NCBI GenBank assembly: GCA_040285855.1
Contig: JAUFOQ010000001.1
Location: 434,001-498,000, forward strand
DNA: 64,000 bases
Direction: 5' to 3'
From: Eukaryota sp. GEM-RC1
Taxonomy: Eukaryota
The position numbers were made by a program, and so were the translations under genes. The notes below the pieces were generated by a model. It did no database searches. It saw only the letters and a list, made by a program, of their open reading frames with translations, and was not told the DNA's origin. Below, piece by piece: positions 50,101 to 63,701 of the stretch; position 1 is the stretch's first letter; the number at the start of each line of letters is the position of its first letter.

Positions 50101-52699
50101 TCCAAGTCTAGTGGGAACAAATTCTAAAAAACAATGAACAATTGCTTTTAGAATTTTTGAGTGAAGTAATTTCATCAGAGCATTGAAAGTAGCAAAACTT
50201 CGCTACTTATTCTTACCTCCTTATTGTCCGGAATCAAATCCGATTGATGCCGTTTGTGGTTTACTTCCGTGCAAAATCAGAGATTTTTCACATTTGACTG
50301 ACTTTCGATTAACTGACTTGCTACATGTGGTTTTGCGAAACCATTTGAATTTGAGCTCTCAAATATTTGTTGAGGACACTGGATGGACTAACACAAGACT
50401 CAGACTTTCTTGCTTGGGGAAGAGAGCTGGTCGAACTGTAATCTTTTATGATTCATTCTGCTAGTATTTCCATGAACACTATATACATTTGGTTGTGTCT
50501 ATGGATTCTATGATAAACCTGCCAGAGAGATTTACTAATTAACTCAACAGTTCTGGGTGCAATGCCTCATATGAAGCGTTTTTGGAGCATCTCCAATTGA
50601 GTATATGAGGAATTCGTGGCAGACACTGATAAACTGAAGTTGGGTGTTTCAATAGGTAATCTCCGTGAACGAGTTTCCGTTACCTTAGACAGTTCCTACA
50701 AGTACGTAGTAGAGCTTGCGGTATTGGATTATCAGACTCCTTTGTTTGATGAATGGACAATCGTGTAATTTCAATCCGTAGTTACGTCGATAGCCAAGTT
50801 AAAGATACACAATTGGTCCAAGAATAATGTTTGGAAATGGTAAAGTAATGTCATTTGACTTTTTACTGTCAATTTCTCAACAATCAAAAATGATGAAAGT
50901 TTCTCTCATCATAAAGACTTTATGGAGAAAAAAGTCTTCAGTTAATCAATTCAATAATAGTCAATGGCATAAATAACTGAAACAGTGAAAGTCAGTGCAT
51001 TAGTAAACAATATGTAAATTCAATTTGATAAAAGATACATCACGATAATTGATTGAATAGTCAACAAAGAGCAGTTACTTATAACATAATGATGACGTCA
51101 ACGAAACAATTCTCTGCATTTATTATAAAATAGGAATGACGTGATCAAGTTTCTCCCATCACGTGTACAGAGCTCATGAGTTACAGAATGCGGTAAGATA
51201 GAATACATGTGTAAACGATGATAGATGTACAAACAAGGAAGGGCAAATTTGAAACGATCACAGAGACGAGTTAGATGAGTTAGGCTGAGAGAGATCAAGG
51301 TCAAGAAGAGTTTCAAGTGTTGTTGACAAGAAAAATGAAGATAAGTCGGAGTAAGTGGAAGAAGAAGCGATGCTGAGAAAGATATGGTTGCTGTAACACA
51401 GGTGAAAGTAAATCGCGCTGGAGAACAAGTGGTAATGAAAGTACGAGTAGGAACAAGAAGACGAAGGACCGAGGATCGAAGAGGATTGGAAGAAGCATTC
51501 GCGTATTTGAAGACGAGAAGTACGGATGGGGAAGGATCGAAACCAAATGTGGAAAGAACAACATTAACGGAATGGATCGAACAAGAAAGGACGATAAAGA
51601 AGGGGAATGAGATAGAAGAAGAAGAGAGATAGACATGAATAGGCGACGGATTAGGTTGAGAGTGATAAAGATGACTCTCACATCATTGTTGATGAGAAAG
51701 ACGAAGAAGTGGTAGCATAAGTGATATTCAGAGGACATGGCTGTTGTAGCACAACTGAAAGCAAACCTAATCGATCCTGGGTGGAGAACAAGTAGTAACA
51801 AGAAGACAAGGGTTCGAGGATTGCGGACGATTGTAAGACGACATTGCATATTCGTAGTCGAGAAGTACGGAGGGGGAATGATCGAACCAACACGCGGACC
51901 AAACAATGGTAACGGAGTGATATGAACAAGGGCGATGAAGGAGATGAGATATAGATCCAAGAACAACAGAGACTCAGGGAATAAACATGATTGGACGATC
52001 AGAGAGTAGGAAATGTTGATGTTAGGACATTTATGGAGATATCGTTCATTTTTGCGGACTTCAACTCTTGATCTTATCCCTTTGATAAGTGACGCCTTTT
52101 CGTACCTTTATCTCCATCATCCTCTTCCTGTTCTCTCTGTGTCCTCACTTGAAGTACCACTCACTCTTTGCTTGTGAACCTTCTTTCCTTTGTCTCTTTC
52201 TCTTCACGTTTCGCACAACCGTTCCAACTGTTACCTCTATGATTAATGACTCAATGATTGTGATCTTACTTTGCCTTGAATCATTTTCACTCCTCTTTCT
52301 TCATTTCTCCCGTCATCGTATCACGTGATCAATGATGACGTGATCGGTTTTTCTCGTCTAATCTTTGGTTTGTCAACATCTCTCTGATGTCCTACATTCG
52401 ACTTTGCTGGGCTTCTTTCTCTTTATCTCTGGTATGTTTAGTTTGTCAACTTCTCTAATTTTGATGGTTTGTTTGTCTCACGTTTTCTTTTTTAGAGCAA
52501 AACACGCTAATGAAAGTAATTTTTATTATTACTTTTTAAAATACTTGATTTTGAGCCTTTTGCAATTTCTCAACATTGCAGTGCATCAACTACCAAGTTC
52601 ATAGTGTGTGCTTTATTTCAAACTCTTTAAACTGTGGGATTACTCTCAATTATTCTATTTTCTCTTTCTCTTTTCCACATATGTGTCCGACTCACGTCT

Positions 52700-53340
52700 T
52701 AGATATATAAACCTCGTTCAACTTGGAACTTGGCAGTCGTCTCGCTTCTTAACTTAATATGTGGTTTAACAATAACAAAGAACGAATGCATTGCCAGAAA
52801 AATACAATTTTTCACCAATACTTTCTCAACCGTAATTGATAATTTTTGTCCTGTTTTCCATCAATGTTTCTTTGTTCCATTTCACCAAATTATTGTTCAT
52901 TAAAGTTGGAGAATATTATAGTTTGTCTCAAAAACTACTTCCATACAGCGTTTAATGTCATTTAGGTTTTGTTTAATGTGAAACCGACACAGCAAATGAT
53001 GATAAGATGGATAAAGTTCTCTACTTGTTTTTAGCAGGGATTTGTCTTGATCTGTAACGATAACACTAGGAATTACAGGCAGGGCCATGTAAAACACCAT
53101 TAAGGCTTCTTTGTAACCAACATGATTTTAATTAGCCAGAAAATCATGTGCTACAACCAAACTGCTGCTAACACAAGTATTCACAGCTAAGGTGAACAAG
53201 GGCATGTTGAATCTGTTAGTGGTATAAGCTGAATCCGTGATCAACATATTCGATTGTCTTCTACGTAAGGATATGGTCTCTTTATTCGATATTAACACAC
53301 ATAATGGGTCTTCGTGCATCTGAATATAGTAATTAGCGCC
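52700..53340 (-). mobile_element. MULE (Mutator-like) transposase remnant
   Basis: ITDSAYTTNRFNMPLF ... PSVIVTDQDKSL...LYPSYHHLLCRFHIKQNL. Confidence 0.9.
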
Positions 53341-53379
53341 AGGTAATTAGAGCGGGAGTGGGGAGAGTTTGAGAAATTC

Positions 53380-53814
53380 ATAGGGGTCTATTTCGAATAG
53401 GGGGAGAATTCATGTTGTTAAAGTTAGGTTGGTGGGCAATGGAATTGACGTGGTCGAAGGTTTCCATTGTGATAGAGATTAGATCTATAACACCATGCAA
53501 AATGTAAGCGTGGAAGTTCTGGGGCATAATGGGGTCACTTATGACTTCAGCGATGTGTGAACGATATTCGGGGGCGGTAATCTCTTCACTGTCGAAGTCA
53601 AACGAGGACTTCTCTTTCGCGGAGAAGGATGGGGGCTTAGATTCGGGGATATCGCAGGGGTCTCGGGGCTAAGGTACACAGAGATCTTCCGTAAGAAGGC
53701 GCCTATGAAACCTGTGGTTAGTGAGGTAAAAGTGGGAGGGTCCACCTTGCGAAAACCTGAGACTGTACTCAAGGCTACGCTGAAGTCATCTAAAGGGTTA
53801 AAAGAGAAGGACAT
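53380..53814 (-). mobile_element. Possible retrotransposon gag N-terminal remnant
   Basis: DPPTFTSL...IGAFLRKISVY resembles a gag P-x-F...FL..Y segment. Confidence 0.4.
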
Positions 53815-54343
53815 ACTGTAAGCTAAAGTAGGCCAATACGTATTGATGCCAGTTATAGCTAATGTGATGAAAGGGGTTAATTAAAACAAGATAAGAATAA
53901 AGATAAAGGTAAAAATACTACTTGAAGACACGTGTTTCTCATGCCAATAGTGACGTTTAAATGGATGGTTGGTCCTGAGTTTACACAATGGTTCCAATTT
54001 CTGTTGGGGAGCAGGTGTGGTTTTGTGGCAATTAATAAAGAATGTTTCAGGTGTACTGTTCCATATTAACCACTGTTTTTAATTATTTAATGAGTATCTT
54101 GGTTGAAAATGTTTTTGAATAGTTACTCTCATCTTTTGATGACGGATAATCAACACTAACAAAGCCAACGCAGATTCAAATAACTGAAGATCGTTGATCT
54201 AATATGTGTTGTCAGAGGTGTCACAAACCATGGTAGCACCATTACTGCTACAATAGTTTGCTACTACAATAGTTGTAAAAATTAGTGGATGTCGAAGAGT
54301 TGAAACGCATTTCATCATCTTCTGAAATAAGATTATTTCATAT

Positions 54344-54800
54344 TAGGGTTGTTAATCGGTTCAGCCCAGTTTAAAAACAGAAATGAACTGAATGAACTGT
54401 TTAAAAACTGATGTTCACAGCACTATGAATTGTTGTGAAACAATCACTAAAAGCAGTCATTTATTAGTAAAAACATTCAAAAACCTAAGAACAAATAAGA
54501 AGACCTACTTTTGCCCAACGACGGCTGTTAATTTGAAGCCATGAGTTAACCGAAACAAGTGAATGAACAGTGTCATCAGTACGTTTGGAGGGAATAGCCT
54601 TTAGCAAAGGAAAACGTTTTTTCTGAACCAACTCTAGTGGGTTAAATCACAGCATTGCTGAAGAACAACTTCGCCGAACGTTGTCAAATAGTCGTATTGT
54701 ACTTCCAATATTCGCATGGATTAGGTCTCTTCTGGATCCAAAACTGCTTCAGCAAAGTAACTGTCTAATTCGATTTTGGCCTGTTTTTGGTATCTTCGAT
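54344..54800 (-). mobile_element. 3' end of another hAT element
   Basis: Starts with TAGGGTTGT, the same as the intact TIR, followed by GAACTG repeats. Minus strand gives NPLE..KRFPLL and DDTVHSLVSVNSW. Confidence 0.7.
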
Positions 54801-55999
54801 TAATAATGTGGGTATAATAAAATGAGCAATAGGTTTTCTCAATGAATGATATTAAAGAATGATAAAGTAATTTTATAAGTAGTCTCACCTTGCGAATTAT
54901 CAGGTAATCAGTCTCAGTGAGCCTTTTTAGACAAATCAGTGTGGGGCTTTCACAAAGCTTTCTGGATCACCTCAAAGAAAGTTGCAATCTACTATTGTTT
55001 TAGTGTATGTAAAGCCACCAAGTAGGTATTGTTCAATTAGTTTTATCACCGATGTTTACTTAAAAAAAGAACACTTTGAACGATCTTAGGGTATTAACAA
55101 GCAGGAGTACAGATTGGTAAAACAGTGATAGATGTGGAAATCCACTAGGTATATTTACATTTTCAAAATCAATTTGAATGGATGTGAAATATTGCTGTGG
55201 TGAATCAGCTTACACAAATCATACACTTAATTTACTTGCTTTTGAAGGAAGAAGATCAGAAGGAAGATGAGTATATTAGCAATAATTGAAGAATATATTA
55301 GGATTTATATAGAGACTGACTAAATTGACAACTTACCACACAACATTGACTAAAAACACAATATAGTACACGAGAAATTTTTGTCGTGCTACAATTCTTT
55401 CTTACCTCTCAATCATGGGATGGCTATATGATAATCAATCAGCATATGCTTCGACAAAACAGTTACATCAAAATCAAACTCATTTCGGCTGAGCCGGCTT
55501 AAGCCAGATAAACAATGTTGTAAGCCATAGCCTGCTGGAGCCGTGAGCAAAATTTGAACCGGCTTCCATCTATACGTTTTACAGTAAACATGAATCCTTC
55601 AAAGTTGTTAGACAACAAAATGCGAATGCTTCCTTACTGTATGTGTTCAGTAAGCATCGTTTGCCATTAGCGCTCCTGCGATCCCGTTCTTATAAAAAAA
55701 ACGGTAAGGGATATCGCCGAATGTGGAAAAGAGTATCAAAATCCGTCATACGAGGAAGTAACTTCCAATACGTTTATGTCATTAGAGAACAAAACATCGG
55801 AAAAGTTAAATAAGACCCTATCTGTAGTGACTCACACTGGGCCAACCTTTACAGCAAATGGGTAATCTGATGCTCATTCAAGACCTTTGATGAACTCATT
55901 TGATTGGAAAGTTCAAAATATATTATTGATCTTCTGAACTATCTGAATCTTGATTATTGAGTTTGTGATTACAATATGTCACTTAACCATAACGTCACC

Positions 56000-57100
56000 C
56001 CTTCTTCACCTTAAAGAGATTCATCACATTGAAACAATTCATTTAGAGAGCAAGAACATGCATTCTCCAATGGATACTCCTTAGTTGTTGGCTCAGAGAA
56101 CAACAAATATTTTGTTCTGCAGTGTGAAGCGTTTGGCCAGTACAGATCTTCTCAGCAGTCTGATTTTGACGTCTCCAACACTTCAACACAGGGATGTCCC
56201 TAGTCCAACTACTGTACTTTCAAAAAGTTTTCAAGGTGTTTTCGCCGCTTCTGGAAAACGAAACACGAGGACACCATTGAGCCAAAGCTCAACAACAACA
56301 GTGCCACAGAAATTCTTCATCAATTTCGTGAGGAGTTAGAAAATTGATCAGTAACTAAATCAAACATGTTCTACGAGGAAAGATTTTAAGTGAAAGATCT
56401 CGCAGAATAATGATATTACGTGTGTTGACACTGGATTACATGGACCCAAAGATGTTCTGATGAAACAGACAGTACAGTTTTAATTCCCTCTGATCTGATC
56501 AGAATCTTCACTCCAATTGACCCTCATCAAGCTCCCTTAGTGAATGATTCAATCTCTCAGTAACTCAATTTGAAGCATAGGTCGATGATCAAATGCAAGT
56601 CACTGTTTCTCTCCATGAGGAAGAATTTCGCGATGTCCACCACTATACCCATGATCTCGAATGTAATATAATTGTGATTTACGAGAAGTTGGTACAGTTC
56701 TTCCTTAAGAGCTAGGTCAAACTGCTCGTCTTTTTCCTCGCGTTCCTGGTGAGCTTTTCAGTAAAGGATCTGTTGACCGCTACACTGATGGTTCACGTGA
56801 TATTCTCTCAACTAGACAGTTTGATGGAGAATTTGCAGATATTAATCATTTTGTTGTCATCGAGGAATACGAAAACACCTATCTTGTGACTGAGAACTTC
56901 ACTACTAATTTGAATCAAGCTTAGCGATGGGGCAAGAATTATTCCAATCGAAATAATTCTGTTTTGATGGGAATCTTATTTTTTCTCCTACATTGATACA
57001 GCTATGTACCGAACACCCCTTACATGTATATTTTTCTGTGGATGATGATGAGTGACACTTACACGGTTCTACACCTATTCTCGCATCAACCTCTTAAACC
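56000..57100 (+). mobile_element. Heavily decayed Ty3/gypsy pol-like remnant
   Basis: EEFRDVHHYTHDL followed by K..FF..FL resembles the RT YxDD region; many stop codons. Confidence 0.35.
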
Positions 57101-58230
57101 TGAGCCTCATGAGCCAATAAGGAGGCTTCTTTAACAACTGCTAAACTGCCTGCTCTTCATTTGAAACTTACCAGCCAACTTGTACCCCACACTCAGCAGC
57201 TTCTTCTTAAGTGTTTCTTCAGGTGGAACTGTGTAACTATATCAACTTTATGTATCTGCCACCAATTAGAGTTAAAAATAGCGGAACTGTAATGAGTTGG
57301 AATAACAAGTAGAACCAGTGTAAGAAACAAGGACATACTAAGAAACCATGACCGAACACTGACGATAGTTTACTTTAGGAATAAAGTTTCACTGGTAAAG
57401 CAGTGATAGGTGTGGAAATCCACTGAGTATATTTGTATTTTCAAAAGTAATGTTGAGTGGGAGTGAAGTACTGATTTGGGAAAAAGAATTATACCCTTAA
57501 TTTACTGATGAATTTTGGGGTAAACTAATAACATAATTTACTTTCATTATCATCTATTGACACCAAAACTAACAAAGAAGGATGAACAAACATAAATAAC
57601 TGAAACACTTGAAAAGAAAATAGAAGATTTGTTGGATATTTGCAAGTGATTGTGATTAAGCAACATAAATTCCAATCCTCTAATTAAGTGAAAAAACAAA
57701 GAAATTATTCAACTCTAAATTTGACGTGCAAGAAGACAGACCGTACCTCTGCTCCAAAGAGATGAGCAAATGAATGTAGTTGAGGAAGGTCTTTATAAAC
57801 CACATGAAACGTGTTTGATTGAAGAATTTTTTGACTGATTGATGATCAGATTCAAAGAAGCGACGGCTAACAACACTAACTGTTTTGAATAATGAGGGGA
57901 ATTCTTGCGTCAAATGATGCAGAGCAAGACATTGAGAGAGGAAGAAAAATACTAGCAACTGAAGAGTGATAAAGATCAATAAAGACTACTGGAAACGTAA
58001 GTACATGGAGGACGTAAGCTATGAGAACGAAGCAGCCAGTGTATCAGAGTTAGGTTGCTTGGAAGAGATACTAGAAAAGGAGGAAACATTGAGCACTTAA
58101 CTGCTAGCAAGTGTTACATTATCATCAGATGAACGACTACTCTTCAGTGGATGTTCAGGATTAGACATGTAGTTTTGTTAAAAGGCCACAAGAACATTGG
58201 TCTCCCTTATCTCCTTTTCTGTTACTTCTA

Positions 58231-59560
58231 ATGTCATTCTCGCTTCCCCCAGCAGAAACTCTTTCTATCATTCTCGATGAACCCTCTTTGTGTAACCAAA
58301 CCATTTCATTCGGCGGGGAATCCATCGAGGTGAACAAATCTGTCCTTGCTGTGCACTCAACGTACTTCCGATCCCTCTGGTTCTTAGAGTTTGGGGATAA
58401 ACTTGAGAACCCCATCGACTTCTCCCATCTTCCCGTCGATTCCGACAACTTCTTCGCTTTCCTCAAGTCCTTCTTTGGAAAGTCATTCACCCTCAACGAA
58501 AGCAACGCCTATAACTTTTTCTACCTCGTCCACTACTTCCAAGTGGATAAACTCATTCACCACGTGGAAAACCACCTAAACACCCATCTTGTAACATGGG
58601 CTTGGTTAAAACCGTTCATTAAAGAAGCAAGTGAAAGAAATGACTTGAGAGCTCTGGATTTCATTGGTCCTTTCTTTCCAAAATTGATGACCTGTTGATT
58701 GATGACGTGATGGCAATCACTACTGAAGGGTTTAAAACTCTTGTAAAATACTGCACTTGCACTGAATCACTGTCGTGGTTTATTAAATCAATGGTGGAGT
58801 CAATTTTGAATCAAGATTTTGATTTCAAAGAATTTGTAAATGTTTTGAATTCTTTTCAATTGAAGTTTTTTCATATGAACAATGGAATCAAAAGTTGTTT
58901 ATTCCTTTAAAAAATGTTGAAAAATTGGAACCCGATTTGATGAAGTTTTTGTTTACAAGAGTAAAAGATCGTTGTGTGGACTCTTTAGTGAATGAAAACT
59001 GTAATTTAGTTTCGGATATTAACAAATTACAAAGTGAAATTGAAGAATTAAAGAAGTTAGCTGAAGATAATCAAGCAAAAATGATTAAATTCTCTCAAAC
59101 TAAGAAACATTCTGAGTTACAAGTTAGTGGGGATAGAAAGAGAGTTGTTGTTGGAAATGGTGATGATCTTGTGTATAGAAATATATTGGGAGAAGATCCA
59201 CTTCTTCCAGGTAATAATTATACTTGGAAGTTGAGGTACCAGGGGACTACTGATTGTCTTTTTGTTGGAGTCATTGACGAGTCAAAGTTTAGTGTTGATG
59301 GTGATTGTTTTCAGAGTGCTCACTGTTTTGAAAATGATGGTGATCGCATTCATGGATCTTTTTCAGGAACTCGTGCTCAATGGAATCCTGGTGAATTACT
59401 CGAAATCAATGCAAATTTAATTAATTACACTTTGACAATCAAATCCGTGAGTAATTCTTTAATTAATCTTACTGGAATTCTTCCCAGATTAAGTAGTGGT
59501 AATTATTATCCGTTTGCTTTGTCATGTTTTAGTAATCATGTACTTGAAATCGTTGAATAA
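58231..59560 (+). pseudogene. BTB-coiled-coil-SPRY copy 5, diverged, short coiled coil, two frameshifts
   Basis: Three consecutive ORFs cover the whole protein. Both shifts (~58675 and ~58855) are in T runs and may be sequencing errors. Confidence 0.9.
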
Positions 59561-59869
59561 AGTTGATTTCATTTTCATTGTGCTAAGTCTCCTCATTTAA
59601 AGTAGTAATCAACTTAACTTGTCTTGAAGCTAATTCATGTAGAAGACGTCAATTGCTCGAAAATGACGTCTCTGTAGCTATGATGAAATAACTTATTTTA
59701 AATTTGATACATACATCTAATAATTATTATCCTCAAAGACAGATTGCATAACTGGAAATTCTTACATTATTCTCATAATGTCTGCCAAGAGATAATAAAG
59801 CGCTAGATACGGAAGTCACCATACCTTTAGAATTAGCAAACTCAATTCGTTTTTTCCAAAATCTACAGT

Positions 59870-60330
59870 AACGTCAAACCTCAATATTCATATAGATTTC
59901 AAGTAAATAATATATTAAATATTTACAAACATCGATAGACATAACATCAGCAATAATGAGAGATCCATCTAGGTCATGAAATATTACATCACCACGGCTA
60001 TTTCCAAACAATTTGTCATCGTCCGTATCATCAAACAAACCAGCCAGAACTGATTCTAAAACGGAAACTATTCCATAAGATTTCCACATATATACAATTG
60101 ATCCCTATGCTGTTAGAAACATTCATTAAATTTGTGTTGCAAAAGTGGTATTTTTTTCCTTAGCCATGTCAAGTCGATCATTATAATCCAAGTTTTCGAA
60201 AATATTTGTTAGTTTTTGTTGTAATTTTTCAGACAAAACTGAATGTGAGTCAGACATCTTGCAAGTATTTCAGATATGTCAAAAGGTAATTTGATCAAGG
60301 CGGAAAGAATTAGGGTTAATAAGTGTATTA
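59870..60330 (-). mobile_element. Non-LTR retrotransposon RLE remnant
   Basis: GNSRGDVIFHDLDGSLIIADVMSIDVC matches the R-x-D...D-V endonuclease motif. Confidence 0.65.
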
Positions 60331-60570
60331 ATAAGTGGATTGATGATGTACTAGCTGATAGTTGCGTGAACGTTGATCTAGATAGCATAGATTATTGATT
60401 ACCATTATAAAATGATAATGAAGTTTGCAACGCTGATGTGGGGTGCAGAAGTGGCAGAAAGAGAGGAAATTCTTTAAGTGTACCGGACACATTCTATCAG
60501 TGCACACTCCCCAACCATGTGCGTTTATTAAGAGGTGACTGCATTTAGTTAATACTATTAACCATTCTCC

Positions 60571-61432
60571 CAGGGCTGCCGAAAATGAGGTGCAGTGCAA
60601 TATATTGCAATAAATGTTATTGCAATACATTTTGGGTTTGCTTCACTAGTACAATTTTGTTGTTATACTGGAGTTATTGAAATATTTGGACTCGAGTAAT
60701 TCACAGCATAAGTTGGTCATTGTGTTCTTAGACTCTGTGAGGTAGTAGCATATATGACTATATGAAGATCCAAATTGGGATGTTGATCCTAATTCTACAT
60801 GACTTCATGTAAACAACCCAATACGAAAACATCCTCAAATCATTTCATATATTGGAACTTCCCTTTCAGGTAGTAATGTAAAGATGCATATTTTCGCATC
60901 TTTGGGGAATGATCTCTTTCTGTCTTTGCAATTACAACAACATTGATGCCACTTGTTGAAGGGAAACAATAGTTATGAATACAACAATACAAGGGATTCA
61001 TAACTATTCTAAAGTCTTTGGCTAACATTGAGACGAGAACACCATTGATATGACACCATTCATTTGCTATCGTCCTTATATCCGACTTGTTTCACGATTG
61101 AATAGCGATTTCGGAGCTTGATCGGGTGATCTGTTTCTGTATTGTAGTCTTTACTTGTAGATTAATCTCTCTTCATACAGGGACCGACTTTGCTGTAAAA
61201 TTTGTTTCACCCCACAATAATTCTTCCTGCTTAATTAATGATATAAGATCACACTCAATGCACTCACAGGAACATTGCTACCTGCAGTACGTCAATGTAT
61301 TATCTCTGTAGAGTGTAGCAAATATTGCAATATAGTGCTGTATACTTATTGTAATGAGCAACAATATCCAATAAATTTTCTGCAATATTGAAAACGTTTA
61401 ATGTAGATTGCAATATATTTTTCGGCATCCTG
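60571..61432. mobile_element. Old non-autonomous hAT element
   Basis: Imperfect TIRs CAGGGCTGCCGAAAA / TTTTCGGCATCCTG, flanks CATTCTCC and CATTATCA (6/8 match), and ATTGCAAT subterminal repeats. Confidence 0.7.
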
Positions 61433-62623
61433 CATTATCAGTCGTTACAAACATTCAACAAAAAATACAACTATATCTATAAAGTACAATTTACTTTGCA
61501 CAAACTTTCACAACGATCTATTAATAACACTGAAAATTGGAGAGTATCTTTTAAAGTCTTCATTCTCCTTAATATAATAGTATTCTTCCTCAGATGATAA
61601 AATGTATTTTGACTGTTCATAATCATTTTAAAAAAAATCATTTACGAGAACTTGATGAGAGGGTGGAATTGTCTAGAATTCTATCAGCCCAACCAAAAAT
61701 AATCTGATGCTAATAATGACATTTGACTTGTTGATTCTTGCATGTGTCAAACATGTGTAACATCGTTTTCAATTTGGCAAAGTGCTTGTTTGCGTACCGT
61801 AATTGAAAGTGAATAAGACAGTATTGATCTAGACAATACCCTAATCTAATTGATGATATTAGATAAAAATTGTCAGTTGCTTCTAGATTTGAATGAGAAA
61901 AACGTCTTATGAAAGAATGGTTTATAACATAATAAAATAAGCTGTGTATCCAAGTGGTGGTGTCATTCAATGGAGACAGGAAATCTTGATCGTTTAGGAC
62001 TTGACACCAAGCTAGTTGGTTTTCGAGTAATTGTAAAAAATTTAATTATGTCGAGCGTACGGTAATCCAGACAGTGATTGGTTATCCTTAAATAAAACAG
62101 AACCCGTTGTCCAGTTTGAGTACGGACGGACTTTTGATTTTTCGAAAGTAACCGTAGAAACAATTTGTGGTTGGGTAAGAATTGGTCTACTGCCTAATGA
62201 GTGAAAAAGAAGAAATTTGCGTTCAATAACTGTGTGGTTGCATACAACGTCTCACCCGCTGATTACACTGCTTTTAAGAATGTGTTTCAAAAAAACAAAT
62301 CCGTTTCTTTGACATCAAACAATTACAGAATTGAATCCCATGCTTAGTAGACTAGATAACCAAATCGTTGATACAAGGGACACGTGAAACCAGTCTGTAG
62401 TAAGCTGTGGAAAGCTGATAGTTGAAGAACTTAAAAATTGGTGTTATATTTGGTGTTCTCATGTAGTCGTTCTGTATTTTATATTCAGTCCTTATATTAA
62501 AGAGAGAATTTTAACAGTATCTTAAGTGCTTGATATATCACATTTTTCATATATATCACAATCAGCGTCCACAACAATGCCAACGCCATTAAAATGATCA
62601 GAAGTTGGGAGATGTGTATGCAA

Positions 62624-62998
62624 CAGTGTTCGAAGACACGCGTGGACACGTTTGGACACGGACACGGTGTCATTTCAAAAACACGCGAAAAGACACGGCG
62701 TGTGTACGTGTTTTTCTGCAAAAACCTAGAAAACATCGGAAGTACCTTTAACAATAGACTACAATGCTATCAAAAAGTGGCAAAAATACTGACACATTGC
62801 GCTCTCAATCAACTCGACAGAACCACAGAATCCAAGATTCAGTGGTGAGATGTCAGTTAAAGGCCAGAATTGGCCCAAAACAATGTTTGTATAATCAAAC
62901 TCTGCATCATGGATCAGAAACTTTTTTCAAAAAAACACGCAAAGACACCCAAAAGACACATCAAAGACGCCGTGTGGACACGCGTGTTAACAGCCCGC
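62624..62998. mobile_element. MITE-like/hAT-derived element with GACAC(G) subterminal repeats
   Basis: GACACG/CGTGT clusters at 62635-62710 and 62935-62990; begins CAGTGTT. No clean TIR pair or TSD found. Confidence 0.5.
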
Positions 62999-63701
62999 AC
63001 ATGTTACCTAAGAAACAACTTCTAATTAACTTGAACAGTTGTTAACCAACAATACATAGCCAAGCATTTCATCTCCTAAAAATTGCAACATTATGATCTT
63101 AGACAACCACATTACGATGAGATTATTCTAAGTTAATGTCACAAGTATCAAAATTTTTCAACTTTTAAGGAGGACAAATATTCTTGTTTCATCAACTCAT
63201 TGTCGTATGTTATAACTTGTTCCCTGAGTGTTATACTATAGTTAGATGGGTGTATAATGTAGATTAAATGACACGTTCACATTTCATAACCAATGATTTA
63301 ATTGACAACTAACAGACTCTAAACCTGTTAGTTAGTTATTTTAAAGTGTGTGAGTAGAAGTATGTTGTATAATAAAACAAAAGTCTTAACGACATATATC
63401 TTGCTTAAGGCAATATATATTTTGCCTACTTGGAAATATGATAAGTTCACATTTCATAACCAATGATGGAAGTGACGTCTACAACTTTCTAAACACGTTT
63501 TCCTACTGTTGCATGGGGTTTTGGCAAAAGCTTTGTGTATGAAGAATGGAGAATACAAAACCTATATTTCTACTCATGCATCTTACATTTATCAGGAAAA
63601 ATAGCAACAATATATGAATCAAATTCATTTCTAGACACATACAATGGTGTCTGTTCAAAAATAGACACTTAACAAATTTCTTCTCACACACACTTTACAA
63701 A

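Larger units (their letters stand above)
30639..52042. repeat. Tandem duplication unit 2 (~21.4 kb), lacking the equivalent of ~4280-10713
   Basis: Near-identical to unit 1. Identity stops at 52042 (ggagatat|cgttc). Deletion junction ATGG at 32160-32163. Confidence 0.95.

Noticed and set aside
63275..63467. 23-bp direct repeat GTTCACATTTCATAACCAATGAT
   Set aside because: Only two copies with no recognisable element between them; not interpretable from this window.
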